Shown: in pieces, positions 47,253 to 57,166 of the stretch | How the letters are laid out: each line of letters opens with the position of its first letter | How positions within the stretch are numbered: position 1 is the first letter of the stretch | DNA from: an uncultured Acidobacteriaceae bacterium | GTDB lineage: Bacteria > Acidobacteriota > Terriglobia > Terriglobales > Acidobacteriaceae | Assembly: GCA_963710965.1 (NCBI GenBank) | Contig: CAVQCP010000038.1 | Location: 47,157-111,156 of the forward strand | Reading direction: 5' to 3' | Length of the DNA: 64,000 nucleotides | Position numbers and translations under genes: made by a program | The notes under the pieces: generated by a model | What the model saw: only the letters and a program-made list of their open reading frames with translations | Databases searched by the model: none | What the model was told of the DNA's origin: nothing

Positions 47253-48023
47253 GTGGCGTCAGCAGCCAGTTCTACTGCTCCAGTGGCGAAAAGTGTACAC
47301 GGAGTTGCGCCCCTGCGCGCCGGGCAGGGCACGTCGTTTGTTCTGCGGAGATTACATTCGCTCAGCGGCATCGTTCCGGTGGGCGCGTTTCTGTTCGAGC
47401 ACATTCTGGTTTCCAACGCCACCGCGATCAGCGGCCCCGAGCCGTATGCCAAGCAGGTAGCCTTTCTCGGTGGCCTTCCTCTTGTCTTTTTCCTTGAACT
47501 GTTTGGCATCTGGCTGCCGATCGCGTTTCACGCGCTATACGGCTTTTACATCTGGTATCGCGGCGATGGCAACACGGTGGAGTATCCGTGGACGGGCAAC
47601 TGGATGTACACGGCGCAGCGCTGGACCGGAGGCATCGCCTTCGTTTACATCGTCTGGCATGTCTGGACCATGCGCTTCACTGGAGTGGACCTGCACGCGG
47701 ACCCAAGCGCGTCCTTCGGCAAAGTTCAGTTGGAACTTTTCCAGCCGGTGCTGTTCCTCTTTTATGTGGTGGGATTAATCGCGGCCTCGTGGCACTTCGC
47801 CTATGGCATCTGGCTGTTCTGCGCGAAGTGGGGCATCGTTTCAGGCGAGCGGGCGCAAAAGCGCTTTCTGATTATCTGCCTGGCATTCTTCTTTTTGCTG
47901 AGTGGAGTTGGATTGGCCAGCCTGGCCACGTTCCGCGCACGGCCACAGCAACTGTTTGAGCCGGGTGCCTCGGCGAAGGCGGCAATGCACAGCGGCGCAA
48001 CTTACGGAAAGACGGTGGAGTAA
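47253..48023 (+). CDS. sdhC: succinate dehydrogenase cytochrome b558-type membrane subunit
   Basis: RRLHSLSGIVPVGAFLFEH and 5 TM helices. The GTG at 47253 lies 6 nt after AAGGAG. Confidence 0.8.
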   Translation: MASAASSTAPVAKSVHGVAPLRAGQGTSFVLRRLHSLSGIVPVGAFLFEHILVSNATAISGPEPYAKQVAFLGGLPLVFFLELFGIWLPIAFHALYGFYIWYRGDGNTVEYPWTGNWMYTAQRWTGGIAFVYIVWHVWTMRFTGVDLHADPSASFGKVQLELFQPVLFLFYVVGLIAASWHFAYGIWLFCAKWGIVSGERAQKRFLIICLAFFFLLSGVGLASLATFRARPQQLFEPGASAKAAMHSGATYGKTVE

Positions 48024-48026
48024 ACG

Positions 48027-49811
48027 ATGGCAGCGACTCCTAGAATTATCGTGATCGGCGGCGGGCTCGCCGGACTTTCAGCCGTCATCAAAATCGCCGA
48101 AATGGGCGCCAACGTCGATCTGTTTTCAATTGTGCCGGTGAAACGATCGCACTCGGTTTGCGCCCAGGGCGGAATCAATGCGGCCAAGAATCTGAAGGGC
48201 GAAGGCGACTCGACGTGGCAGCATTTTGACGACACCATCTATGGCGGAGATTTTCTAGCCAACCAGCCTCCGGTCAAAGAAATGTGCGATGCCGCGCCGG
48301 GCATTATCGATCTGCTCGACCGCATGGGGGTTCCCTTTAACCGCACGCCCGAGGGCCTGCTCGACTTCCGCCGTTTCGGCGGGACCTTATATAACCGTAC
48401 GGCTTTCGCAGGGGCAACCACGGGCCAGCAACTTCTTTATGCGCTCGATGAGCAGGTTCGGCGTTATGAGGCGGAAGGCAAGGTCAAGAAGTACGAGCAT
48501 TGGGAATTTCTTTCGGCTGTGCTGGATGGAAACCGCGTCTGCCGCGGCATCTGCGCCATGGATTTGCGCTCGATGGAAGTGCGCACCTTCCCGGCCGACG
48601 CCATCATCATCGCCACCGGGGGCAACGGGGCGATCTTTGGCAAGTCAACCAATTCGGTGGTCTGCACCGGTTCGGCGCAGTCGGCGCTTTACCAGCAGGG
48701 GTGCTATTACGCCAACGGCGAATTCATTCAGGTGCATCCCACTTGCATTCCGGGCAACGACAAACTGCGGCTGATGTCGGAATCGGCGCGCGGCGAGGGT
48801 GGCCGGGTCTGGGTTCCGAAAAAACCGGGGGACAATCGCGATCCCAAAACCATTCCGCAGGACGAGCGCTGGTATTTTCTGGAAGAGTGGTATCCCAAGT
48901 ATGGCAACCTGGTGCCGCGCGACATCGCGACGCGCGCGATTTTCAAAGTGGTGTTCGAGCACAACCTCGGTATCGACGGCAAGCCGATGGTGTATCTCGA
49001 TCTGACGCACATCGACCGCAAGATTCTCGACCGCAAGCTGGAAGGCATTCTCGAAATCTACGAGAAGTTTGTGGGCGACGATCCGCGCGAGGTGCCCATG
49101 AAGATTTTCCCCGGCATGCATTACACCATGGGCGGGCTGTGGATCGACTACAAGCAGGCCACGAATATCCCAGGCATTTTCGCCGCCGGCGAGTGCGAAT
49201 ATCAGTATCACGGCGCGAACCGGCTGGGGGCGAATTCGCTGGTGTCATGCATCTACGGCGGCGGGGTTGCGGGACCGCAAGCTGTGAAGTACGCGCGTGG
49301 GTTGCAGTCGCTGCCTGACGGCAATGGGATTTTCGAGGCGGAGAAGAAGAAGCAGGAAGAAAGCAATTCCCTGCTGATCAATAATCAGGGCACGGAGAAT
49401 CCGTTTAAGCTGTGGAACGAGTTGGGCGAATTGATGACCAAGGATTGCACCGTCATCCGCTACAACAAGAATCTGGCGCAGACGGATGCGAAACTGGTCG
49501 AGATGCTGGAGCGTTTCCGCAAGGTGAACCTGAGCGACCGCACGCAGTGGGCGAATACCAGTGTGATCTTCACCCGGCAGCTATACAACATGCTGCAACT
49601 GGCGCGGGTGATCGCCCAGGGCGCGCGCATGCGCGACGAGTCGCGCGGCTCGCACTACAAACCGGATTTCCCCGACCGTGACGACAAGAACTGGATGAAG
49701 ACGACGAAGGCATATTTCGCCCCGGACGCGGATGAACCGAAGTTTGAGTTTGAGCCGGTGGATGCAAGCCTGATTCCGCCAAGACCGAGGAAGTACGACG
49801 CGGTGAAATGA
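48027..49811 (+). CDS. sdhA: succinate dehydrogenase/fumarate reductase flavoprotein subunit
   Basis: IVIGGGLAGLSA FAD motif, HSVCAQGGINAA (FAD-attachment His region), HYTMGG, and RGSHY near the C-terminus. Confidence 0.95.
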   Translation: MAATPRIIVIGGGLAGLSAVIKIAEMGANVDLFSIVPVKRSHSVCAQGGINAAKNLKGEGDSTWQHFDDTIYGGDFLANQPPVKEMCDAAPGIIDLLDRMGVPFNRTPEGLLDFRRFGGTLYNRTAFAGATTGQQLLYALDEQVRRYEAEGKVKKYEHWEFLSAVLDGNRVCRGICAMDLRSMEVRTFPADAIIIATGGNGAIFGKSTNSVVCTGSAQSALYQQGCYYANGEFIQVHPTCIPGNDKLRLMSESARGEGGRVWVPKKPGDNRDPKTIPQDERWYFLEEWYPKYGNLVPRDIATRAIFKVVFEHNLGIDGKPMVYLDLTHIDRKILDRKLEGILEIYEKFVGDDPREVPMKIFPGMHYTMGGLWIDYKQATNIPGIFAAGECEYQYHGANRLGANSLVSCIYGGGVAGPQAVKYARGLQSLPDGNGIFEAEKKKQEESNSLLINNQGTENPFKLWNELGELMTKDCTVIRYNKNLAQTDAKLVEMLERFRKVNLSDRTQWANTSVIFTRQLYNMLQLARVIAQGARMRDESRGSHYKPDFPDRDDKNWMKTTKAYFAPDADEPKFEFEPVDASLIPPRPRKYDAVK

Positions 49812-49990
49812 CCGCCCGGAAGCTGAGCGGGGGTGAGCGAAAAGTCAGTGCGGTTGCGGGTGTTCTCGCGTTAGCTGCGTCCGTGCTGCTTCTTTATTAC
49901 TATGGGCATGGCTTTGTTTTGCTCGTCTGGATTTTAGGGATCATTGGATTGACGTGGCTCGTGTGGGCGATTTTTGGAAGATATTACTGA
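49808..49990 (+). CDS. hypothetical 60-aa two-TM protein
   Basis: The ATG overlaps the sdhA stop (ATGA). Two hydrophobic helices. GC3 looks lower than in the neighbours. Confidence 0.4.
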   Translation: MTARKLSGGERKVSAVAGVLALAASVLLLYYYGHGFVLLVWILGIIGLTWLVWAIFGRYY

Positions 49991-50006
49991 ACCGTCGGAG
50001 AGCGAA

Positions 50007-50605
50007 CCGGGAAGGGCACGAGTTTCACTCGTGCCAGTCTAGGACGCTTTTAGATTTGCGGCTTTAGCCGCTGGGGCCCACGGGTCTAGTCTGAATCCCG
50101 GGAACGCGGAGCAAAAACTGTACTCACCAGGCTCGAACACGAGATGCCTCTCTACTGGATTGCGATGAATGTAATTTTGATGATGTATGAAATCCATTTC
50201 GTCGCGGATGCGGTGGTCGGTGAAACCGCGCTGCCAGATTTCTTGATCGCGGCCGATGATCGTGCCGAGTTCATGCGAGTATGCGCCTTTGATCAATTGA
50301 ACAGCTCGCTCGATCGTCACGTCGTTCGCCGGAGTCAGGAGCAGATGAACGTGTTCTGGCATGATGACAAACGCGTGCAATTCATATTGGCCTTCGCGGC
50401 GGTGTCGATAGACCGTTTTCAGAAACAAACGCACGTAGATTTCGACCACGAACAATTTTCGGCGGTGATAAGTCGAGAAGGTCACGAAGTAGGTTCCGGG
50501 CGGGGAGAAAAGTCGTCCAGGCTTCAAAGCGCAACCTCAGCGGCTGAAAGCCGCACGTCTCTCCAGACTCTAGACTGGCACGAGTGGAACTCGTGCCCTT
50601 CCCGG
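50007..50605. mobile_element. RAYT unit: tyrosine-transposase gene bracketed by 36-bp inverted REP-like hairpins
   Basis: 50007..50042 (CCGGGAAGGGCACGAGTTTCACTCGTGCCAGTCTAG) is the reverse complement of 50570..50605 except for 1 base. An inner inverted hairpin pair lies at 50058..50071 and 50540..50554. Confidence 0.7.
50039..50527 (-). CDS. REP-associated tyrosine transposase (IS200/Y1-like HUH enzyme)
   Basis: HUH motif in MPEHVHLLLTP and the Tyr motif NYIHRNPV. About 160 aa. TTG start. The C-terminal codons read into the flanking hairpin. Confidence 0.8.
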   Translation of the reverse strand: MKPGRLFSPPGTYFVTFSTYHRRKLFVVEIYVRLFLKTVYRHRREGQYELHAFVIMPEHVHLLLTPANDVTIERAVQLIKGAYSHELGTIIGRDQEIWQRGFTDHRIRDEMDFIHHQNYIHRNPVERHLVFEPGEYSFCSAFPGFRLDPWAPAAKAANLKAS

Positions 50606-50646
50606 TAGATTTTTTGTTGCGGCGTATTCCGTTTTGGGAAGTGCAT

Positions 50647-51066
50647 ATGGAAGAGAAACTCGACAAGGACTTCAACCCGATCTGGCTTTGCAAGACAGCC
50701 GGATTATTGTTCCCTTCGGGTATCCTAGTCGTTTCGGTCACATCGGCTACATTCCATTGGGGGAGCGTCTGGGGCGATTGGCTTCTGATCGGGTGGTGTT
50801 CCTTTTTGGTCGTCGAGTTCCTGCATCGATACCGATCGGGCAAAGTGGAGTCGCTCTTTTGGGAGCTCCTGGTTGGAGCGTTTCTGGCTGAAGGGCCGCT
50901 GCCCCTTGCTCTCCCCTCCGCCACTCATACTCGCGATTGGTCGACGGTCGGCTATTTTGGTCTGACCTTCACCCTCGCTGCGTTCCGGTATCTACGTCGC
51001 TTCTACTTCCCACTCGCAGCAAGAAGGAACGGCAATTCAGTATCCAAGCTCATCGCTAAAGGCTAA
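50647..51066 (+). CDS. hypothetical multi-TM membrane protein
   Basis: Three to four hydrophobic segments. It ends 7 nt before sdhB. The listed longer ORF begins inside the right inverted repeat, so the ATG at 50647 is used. Confidence 0.4.
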   Translation: MEEKLDKDFNPIWLCKTAGLLFPSGILVVSVTSATFHWGSVWGDWLLIGWCSFLVVEFLHRYRSGKVESLFWELLVGAFLAEGPLPLALPSATHTRDWSTVGYFGLTFTLAAFRYLRRFYFPLAARRNGNSVSKLIAKG

Positions 51067-51072
51067 CAGCTA

Positions 51073-51822
51073 ATGGCTAATAAATCCGTCATCCTAAAAA
51101 TCAAACGCCAAAACACTCCCACTTCCAAGTCCCACTGGGAAGAGTTCGAACTCGCCCATCATCCGGGCATGAACGTGATCTCCTGCCTGATGGAGATCGC
51201 GGCGAACCCGGTCACGCGCGATGGCAAGCCGACTACGCCGATCACTTACGACTCGAATTGTCTCGAGGAAGTGTGCGGGTCGTGCGCCATGCTCATCAAT
51301 GGACGCGCGCGCATGGCTTGCTCGGCGCTGATTGACAATCTTGAGCAGCCGGTGAAGCTCGAACCGTTTTCAAAGTTTCCGGTCATCCGCGATCTGGCCA
51401 CAGACCGTAGCGTGATCTTTGAGAATCTGAAAGCTGTGAAGGCGTGGGTTCCGATTGATGGGACGTATGATCTCGGCCCGGGGCCACGCATGACGGCGGA
51501 AGAGCAGGAACAGGCTTATCCCATTTCGCGGTGCATCTCGTGCACCTGCTGCATGGAGGCTTGCCCGCAGTTTAACGAGGATACGGGCTTTGTGGGCGCG
51601 GCGACCATCGCTCAGGTGCGCTTATTTAATTTGCATCCCACCGGCAAATCGTTGGAGCACGAGCGGCTAGCGGCGCTGATGGGCGATGGCGGCATCCAGG
51701 AATGCGGTTACGCACAGAACTGCCTCGAGGTTTGCCCCAAGGATATTCCGCTGACCAATGCCATTTCCAACGTTGGCGGAGCGGTCATGAAGCAGGCTCT
51801 GGGTGACCTCTTCCGGCGCTGA
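51073..51822 (+). CDS. sdhB: succinate dehydrogenase iron-sulfur subunit
   Basis: CLEEVCGSCAM (2Fe-2S), CISCTCCMEACP (4Fe-4S), and C..C..VCPK (3Fe-4S) cysteine clusters. Confidence 0.95.
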   Translation: MANKSVILKIKRQNTPTSKSHWEEFELAHHPGMNVISCLMEIAANPVTRDGKPTTPITYDSNCLEEVCGSCAMLINGRARMACSALIDNLEQPVKLEPFSKFPVIRDLATDRSVIFENLKAVKAWVPIDGTYDLGPGPRMTAEEQEQAYPISRCISCTCCMEACPQFNEDTGFVGAATIAQVRLFNLHPTGKSLEHERLAALMGDGGIQECGYAQNCLEVCPKDIPLTNAISNVGGAVMKQALGDLFRR

Positions 51823-52129
51823 TTTTTGTCGCCATTGCCAGAAACGGTTAAACTCCCTGGATGTGAATGAAGCTAACCGGTTGCGCCGGCTGCACATCGA
51901 CCCGGTGCGTCGCTCGTTCCGAGTGGCAGCCAAAGTGCCAATTCGACTCCTGAACGCAGCCAGAATTTTGCGGTAACCGGGGTAACCATGGGTTTCGCGA
52001 GGTACATCTAACCCCTTCGTAACTAGCAGCGGCAGGTTCGCGGGTGAACACTTGACAGCATGGCTTACAATGTCGGAACGGTTGAAACGAAACCGTAAAG
52101 CAAAGCACTAAAGAACAGAACGGAGCCCA

Positions 52130-52864
52130 TTGCGATCAACGTTACAGCGCGCGCTTCTACTTTCCCTGGTGGCATGCTTGTGGGGCTCGGCTTTCGCGGC
52201 TACAACCACGACGGTTCGGAAGCCGGTTCGGCATCACCGGCTGCACTGGTCGCGATGGAATCCGGTGTTCAGGCCTTCCCACGAATCGCTGCTGATCCAG
52301 AATGCGGAAGTCGACCGGCTGGAACTTCCGCGGATTCAGGACGACGACGAACTGGAAGCGCTGAAAGCCAGCGGAGCGCTGCAACCGATTATTGCGGGCG
52401 AGACGTTGCGCTTCGATCCGCGACTCGATCCCTCGCGCCGTTACAGCCGGCCTTGGACGCGTGACTTTGTGCAGGACATTGCGCAGGCCTACTATCACCG
52501 CTTTCACGAGCAGATCCAGGTGAACTCCGCAGTACGCACCGTGAAGATTCAGAAGAAACTTCGGCGGCACAATCGCAACGCCGCGCCCGCGGAGGGTGAT
52601 ACCGCGTCGTCGCATCTGGCCGGACTGACGGTCGATTTGCAACGCCGCGGCATGACCCAGGAGCAGATTCATTGGATGGAGCGCTATCTCTTCTACATGA
52701 AGTCCCTCGGCTTGGTTGAACCTGAGGAAGAGCGGCACCAGTGGGTCTTCCATATCATGGTTTCGGGGCGTTATGCCGATTGGCGCGAGACGCAAGATGT
52801 AGTTCCTTTGGAGCGTCCCGATCCTGCGGCCGTGACGGCCACGGCCGAAAGCCGCGCCGAGTAG
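52130..52864 (+). CDS. secreted M15/VanY-fold (DUF5715-like) protein
   Basis: Signal peptide. SSHLAGLTVDL resembles the SxHxxGxAxD zinc motif of M15 peptidases. TTG start. Confidence 0.5.
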   Translation: MRSTLQRALLLSLVACLWGSAFAATTTTVRKPVRHHRLHWSRWNPVFRPSHESLLIQNAEVDRLELPRIQDDDELEALKASGALQPIIAGETLRFDPRLDPSRRYSRPWTRDFVQDIAQAYYHRFHEQIQVNSAVRTVKIQKKLRRHNRNAAPAEGDTASSHLAGLTVDLQRRGMTQEQIHWMERYLFYMKSLGLVEPEEERHQWVFHIMVSGRYADWRETQDVVPLERPDPAAVTATAESRAE

Positions 52865-52963
52865 GCAACTACAAGGTGTATTGCGCTTCGCCCTTGCCGA
52901 ACGAGCAATTTTCCAACGCCACTTCAACCAGGTTACGCGACTGGTCGTGATTTAATCAGGGTC

Positions 52964-53479
52964 ATGATCGTTCTCATGGCTGGCCTGCCCGGCACGGGCA
53001 AAAGCGCCCTCGCCCGCGAACTCTCGACGCGCACCTCCGGCCGCGTTATCGGCAAGGATGAAATCCGGCATGCGCTTTTTACCCTAGAGGAAATTGAGTA
53101 CTCTTCGCGGCAGGATGATTTCTCTTTGCAGATCATGCTGCAGACTGCCGCTTATCTTTTGCAGCGACGTCCTAACCTGATTGTCTTTCTCGACGGCCGC
53201 ACATTCTCCAGGCGCTATCAGATCGATAACGTTCTGCGCTGCGCCGAGGAGTTGCGACAGAGTTGGCGCATCCTCGAATGCGTGTGCCCGGGGGAGGTTG
53301 TGAGGCAACGCCTCGACAGGGCGGAGTCGGAGAAGACGCATCCCGCCGGGAACCGGGACTACTCGCTCTATCTGGAAGTTAAATCTCGATTCGAAATGAT
53401 CGATTTACATAAGAAGATAATCGATACCGGCGAAGCCTTCGAAACCTGCGTTGAGCAGGGACTGGCGGCGCTGCGCTGA
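52964..53479 (+). CDS. P-loop kinase (AAA_33-like)
   Basis: MIVLMAGLPGTGKSALAREL Walker A motif. About 170 aa. Confidence 0.7.
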   Translation: MIVLMAGLPGTGKSALARELSTRTSGRVIGKDEIRHALFTLEEIEYSSRQDDFSLQIMLQTAAYLLQRRPNLIVFLDGRTFSRRYQIDNVLRCAEELRQSWRILECVCPGEVVRQRLDRAESEKTHPAGNRDYSLYLEVKSRFEMIDLHKKIIDTGEAFETCVEQGLAALR

Positions 53480-53578
53480 TCGGAGTGATACGTTTCTGCT
53501 TCGCATTGCTTTCCTACGCCCCCTTCAGCCTATACAATCGTTGGCTTGCCCGCAGTTCCCTGCTCGCGGGCTTACTCT

Positions 53579-54838
53579 ATGACCCACCTCAAAATTGTTT
53601 TGCTGTCCTGCCTCGTTCTCGGCACTTCTTTTGCGGTGGCGCAATCCACCAATTCTTCGGATATCGCGGTTAGCGCCAAGGCTCGTGCCATTCAGGAGTC
53701 GGCCATCGTGATTGACACTCACGCCGACACGCCACAATATTTTCTCGAGGCCGGATACGATATTGGGTCGATCGATCCCCATGACTTCGAGCACATCAGC
53801 CTCGATAAAGCGCGGCGCGGGAATCTGGGGGCGGAGTTTTTCTCCATCTGGGTCGATCCCGAGACCAACCAGGGGCATTTCGCCCGGCAGACCTTCGATC
53901 TGATCGATTCGGTATACCAGCAAGCGGCGCATCGTCCCGATCGCATGATGATGGCATTCTCGGCCGCTGATATCGAGCGGGCCCATAAGGAACACAAACT
54001 GGCCGCCCTGATGGGCATTGAAGGCGGGCACTCGATTGAGAACGATATGCACTTGCTGCGCGATTACTACCGCCTCGGGGTGCGTTACATGACGCTCTCC
54101 TGGTCGAACACGAATGAATGGGCCGATTCGTCGGGCGACATCAACGACACGAAAATTCAGCATCACAACGGGCTCACCGATTTCGGCAAAGAGGTTGTTC
54201 TGGAGATGAACCGTCTCGGAATGATGGTGGATATTTCGCACGTGGCCGATAAAACTTTCTGGGATGCGATCGCAACGTCGAAGGCTCCGGTAATCGCCTC
54301 GCACTCGTCGGCGCGGGCGCTGGTGGATGCTCCGAGAAATATGACGGACGATATGCTGCGCGCGGTGGCCAAGAATGGCGGCGTGGTGCAGGTGAACTTT
54401 TTTTCCGGATTCATCGATGAGAATTACCGGAGAGCAATGGCGGCGCAGGAGAAAGAGCAGGACGAGGCGGTGCAGAAGTTTATGGATTCCGCCAAGGCGC
54501 AAGGGAGGCAGCCGACCTTTGTGGAAGCCGACCGGTTGGGACGGGAGTGGACGGCAAAGATTCCGCGGCCGCCCTTGCAGTCGCTGATCGATCACATTGA
54601 TCACATCGCCAAGATTGCGGGCGTAGATCACGTAGGCTTGGGGTCCGACTTCGATGGCGTGAGCGGCGCGACACCGCAAGGAATCGACTCGGCCGCGGAT
54701 CTTCCGAAAATTACGCAGGCTCTGCTTGATCGCGGCTATGGCGCGGATGACATCAAAAAGATTCTCGGCGGAAATATTCTGCGCGTGTTTCGCCAGGTCG
54801 AAGCTACGAGCCGAGAGATGCAAGCCCAGTCCCATTGA
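53579..54838 (+). CDS. M19-family membrane dipeptidase
   Basis: Signal peptide. VIDTHADTP, ...GIEGGHSI..., MVDISHV, ASHSSA, GLGSDFDG motifs. Confidence 0.9.
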   Translation: MTHLKIVLLSCLVLGTSFAVAQSTNSSDIAVSAKARAIQESAIVIDTHADTPQYFLEAGYDIGSIDPHDFEHISLDKARRGNLGAEFFSIWVDPETNQGHFARQTFDLIDSVYQQAAHRPDRMMMAFSAADIERAHKEHKLAALMGIEGGHSIENDMHLLRDYYRLGVRYMTLSWSNTNEWADSSGDINDTKIQHHNGLTDFGKEVVLEMNRLGMMVDISHVADKTFWDAIATSKAPVIASHSSARALVDAPRNMTDDMLRAVAKNGGVVQVNFFSGFIDENYRRAMAAQEKEQDEAVQKFMDSAKAQGRQPTFVEADRLGREWTAKIPRPPLQSLIDHIDHIAKIAGVDHVGLGSDFDGVSGATPQGIDSAADLPKITQALLDRGYGADDIKKILGGNILRVFRQVEATSREMQAQSH

Positions 54839-54909
54839 TTGCTTTGCCTGTCGTACAATTTAACGTTGCAGTTGACCGGTTTCGATCCATACAAACATGA
54901 GGAGCAATT

Positions 54910-55626
54910 ATGCGTCATGCGTTTTTTGTTTTGTTGCTGATGTCTCTGGCCGCGCTCACAGTAGCGGCGCAATCGAGCACGCAGGCAGCGCCGGCAGCCA
55001 AAGCGCCGGTGCATCACACGGGCAATCCCACGGCAATCATTAAAACCACGGTCGGCAATATGACGTGCACGCTGTTTCCAGACAAGGCCCCCATTGGAGT
55101 GGACAATTTCATCGGCCTGGCTACCGGGAAGAAAGAATGGACGAGTCCCAAGGGAGTGACCGAGAAAGGCGTGCCGCTCTACGATGGCACAATTTTTCAT
55201 CGCGTGATTCCGGAATTCATGATCCAGGGCGGCGACCCTGCGGGCGATGGAACCGGCGGCACGGGACACAAGTTCAAAAACGAAGTCTCCCCTGACTTGA
55301 CGTTTGACCGACCGGGGCGTCTGGCCTATGCCAACGCCGGACCCGGAACCAACGAATCGCAGTTCTTCATTACCGAACTGCCGCAGCCGAGCCTCAACGG
55401 AGGCTATACCATCTTTGGCCAGTGCGATGACGCCGCAGTGGCGCTGGTCAAGCAGATTGCGCGGATGGCCACCGACCCAAGGAACGATCGCCCATTTCGC
55501 CCGGTGAAGATTACGCACATCAGCATTGTGTACGAAACTCCGGCGACTGCGGCAAAGCCTGCGACTGCCACGCCTTCGACTCCGGCGAAGAAGGCGGCCA
55601 CACCGGCTTCCTCGAGTTCGAACTGA
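54910..55626 (+). CDS. secreted cyclophilin-type peptidylprolyl isomerase with a Pro/Ala/Thr-rich tail
   Basis: Signal peptide. FHRVIPEFMIQGGDP, ...LAYANAGPGTNESQFFIT. Confidence 0.9.
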   Translation: MRHAFFVLLLMSLAALTVAAQSSTQAAPAAKAPVHHTGNPTAIIKTTVGNMTCTLFPDKAPIGVDNFIGLATGKKEWTSPKGVTEKGVPLYDGTIFHRVIPEFMIQGGDPAGDGTGGTGHKFKNEVSPDLTFDRPGRLAYANAGPGTNESQFFITELPQPSLNGGYTIFGQCDDAAVALVKQIARMATDPRNDRPFRPVKITHISIVYETPATAAKPATATPSTPAKKAATPASSSSN

Positions 55627-55650
55627 GTTTGGATTGGAAATGTGTCAGTC

Positions 55651-56562
55651 ATGATTAAGCTGGTTCTGCGGTTAATGATTGTCCTGATGGGGATGACGTC
55701 GTGCCTTTGGGCGCAAGCGGCACGGAGCGCGCCGCCCTCCGCCCAACCGTTGGAGAATTCTCCTACGGTGCAACACGATGTGGCCTACGGTAAGGCAGAG
55801 GAGCATCCCTTGCTGTTGGACGTTTACCAGCCAGGGGAAAGCTCTAAAGACTTGCACACGGCGGTCATTCTGATTCACGGGGGAGGCTGGATCAGCTTTG
55901 ATAAATCGACCATGAGCGGCATGGGGAACTTTCTGGCGCGATCCGGGTTTGTCGCATTCGCAGTCGATTATCGATTGATGCAAGGGAAAGAAAATCTTTG
56001 GCCGGCGCAACTCGACGACGTGCAACGGGCGGTGCGCTGGATCCGGGCGAACGCGTCAAAGTATCACGTTGATCCCGACCATATCGGCGCCTTCGGGCAC
56101 TCGGCGGGCGCGCAGTTGGCGGCCCTGCTGGGGATGGAAGATACGCGAGACAACTCGGATCCGGCTCTGGCGAAGTATTCCAGTAAGGTACAGGCGGTTG
56201 TGGATGTCAGCGGGCCCACCGACTTCACCACCAATCACGATGCCGACGGGGACGCTTTTCTCACCGCTTTCCTGGGCGGAGACTATGGTCACAATGCCGC
56301 GGCTTGGCGCGACGCCTCTCCCGTGTTTCATGTGGCAAAGGACAATGCACCGTTTCTGATACTGCAAGGCACTCATGATGACAGCGTGCCCATGGCGCAG
56401 GCGCAGGAACTCGCCGACAAGCTGAAGGAGGCGAAAGTTCCGGTGAAGCTGATCACGGTAGACGATGGCCATACTTTCGAGAAGCCGGAAAATCGCCGGC
56501 GGGTCGCGTATGAAAGCGGGGCATTCTACGACGAATATCTGCGGGCAGGTACGTCTAGATAG
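55651..56562 (+). CDS. secreted alpha/beta-hydrolase (esterase/lipase)
   Basis: ILIHGGGW oxyanion motif and the GHSAGA nucleophile elbow. ...GTHDDSVP. Confidence 0.8.
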   Translation: MIKLVLRLMIVLMGMTSCLWAQAARSAPPSAQPLENSPTVQHDVAYGKAEEHPLLLDVYQPGESSKDLHTAVILIHGGGWISFDKSTMSGMGNFLARSGFVAFAVDYRLMQGKENLWPAQLDDVQRAVRWIRANASKYHVDPDHIGAFGHSAGAQLAALLGMEDTRDNSDPALAKYSSKVQAVVDVSGPTDFTTNHDADGDAFLTAFLGGDYGHNAAAWRDASPVFHVAKDNAPFLILQGTHDDSVPMAQAQELADKLKEAKVPVKLITVDDGHTFEKPENRRRVAYESGAFYDEYLRAGTSR

Positions 56563-56634
56563 GCTTCGACCCAGCCCGTTAGCCCTGCATCCTGCTAGAA
56601 TCAGAAGCCGTCCCACTTAAAGGAGAGAGTTAAT

Positions 56635-57162
56635 ATGAGCCGTCCCGCGGGAACCTACGCCATTTTTGATACTACCGAAGGAACCATCGTCTGCCGTTTG
56701 TTCGAAAAAGACGCACCCAAAACCGTCGCCAACTTTGTCGAACTTGCCGAAGGCAAGCGCGAGTGGACGCATCCTGCGACGCGCAAGAAATCGAAAGACC
56801 GGCTTTATGATGGAACGATTTTTCATCGCGTGATTCCCGATTTTATGATTCAGGGTGGCGATCCGCAAGGGACGGGCATGGGCGGCCCGGGCTATCAGTT
56901 CGAAGACGAAACCAAAGGCTCGCCGCACAAGCTCGACAAGGCCGGAATTCTGGCGATGGCGAATGCCGGCCCGAACACCAACGGCTCGCAGTTCTTCATT
57001 ACCGTCGCTCCGACGACGTGGCTGACGGGCAAGCACACGGTGTTTGGTGAGGTTGTCGAAGGGCTGGACGTGGTGAACAAGATTTCCGAGGTGCCGCGCA
57101 ACCGGCAGGATCGTCCGGCGACGGATGTGGTGGTGAAGAAGGTTACGATTGAGAAGGTGTAG
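56635..57162 (+). CDS. ppiB: cytoplasmic cyclophilin-type peptidylprolyl isomerase
   Basis: FHRVIPDFMIQGGDPQGTG, LAMANAGPNTNGSQFFIT. AGGAGAG lies before the ATG. Confidence 0.9.
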   Translation: MSRPAGTYAIFDTTEGTIVCRLFEKDAPKTVANFVELAEGKREWTHPATRKKSKDRLYDGTIFHRVIPDFMIQGGDPQGTGMGGPGYQFEDETKGSPHKLDKAGILAMANAGPNTNGSQFFITVAPTTWLTGKHTVFGEVVEGLDVVNKISEVPRNRQDRPATDVVVKKVTIEKV

Positions 57163-57166
57163 GCAG

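Noticed and set aside
51823-52129. A 307-nt spacer after sdhB, considered as a possible ncRNA or riboswitch.
   Set aside because: I recognise no conserved riboswitch core, and there is no strong hairpin with a U-tract. The TTGACA/TACAAT-like hexamers near 52050 are only 8 nt apart, so they do not form a valid promoter.
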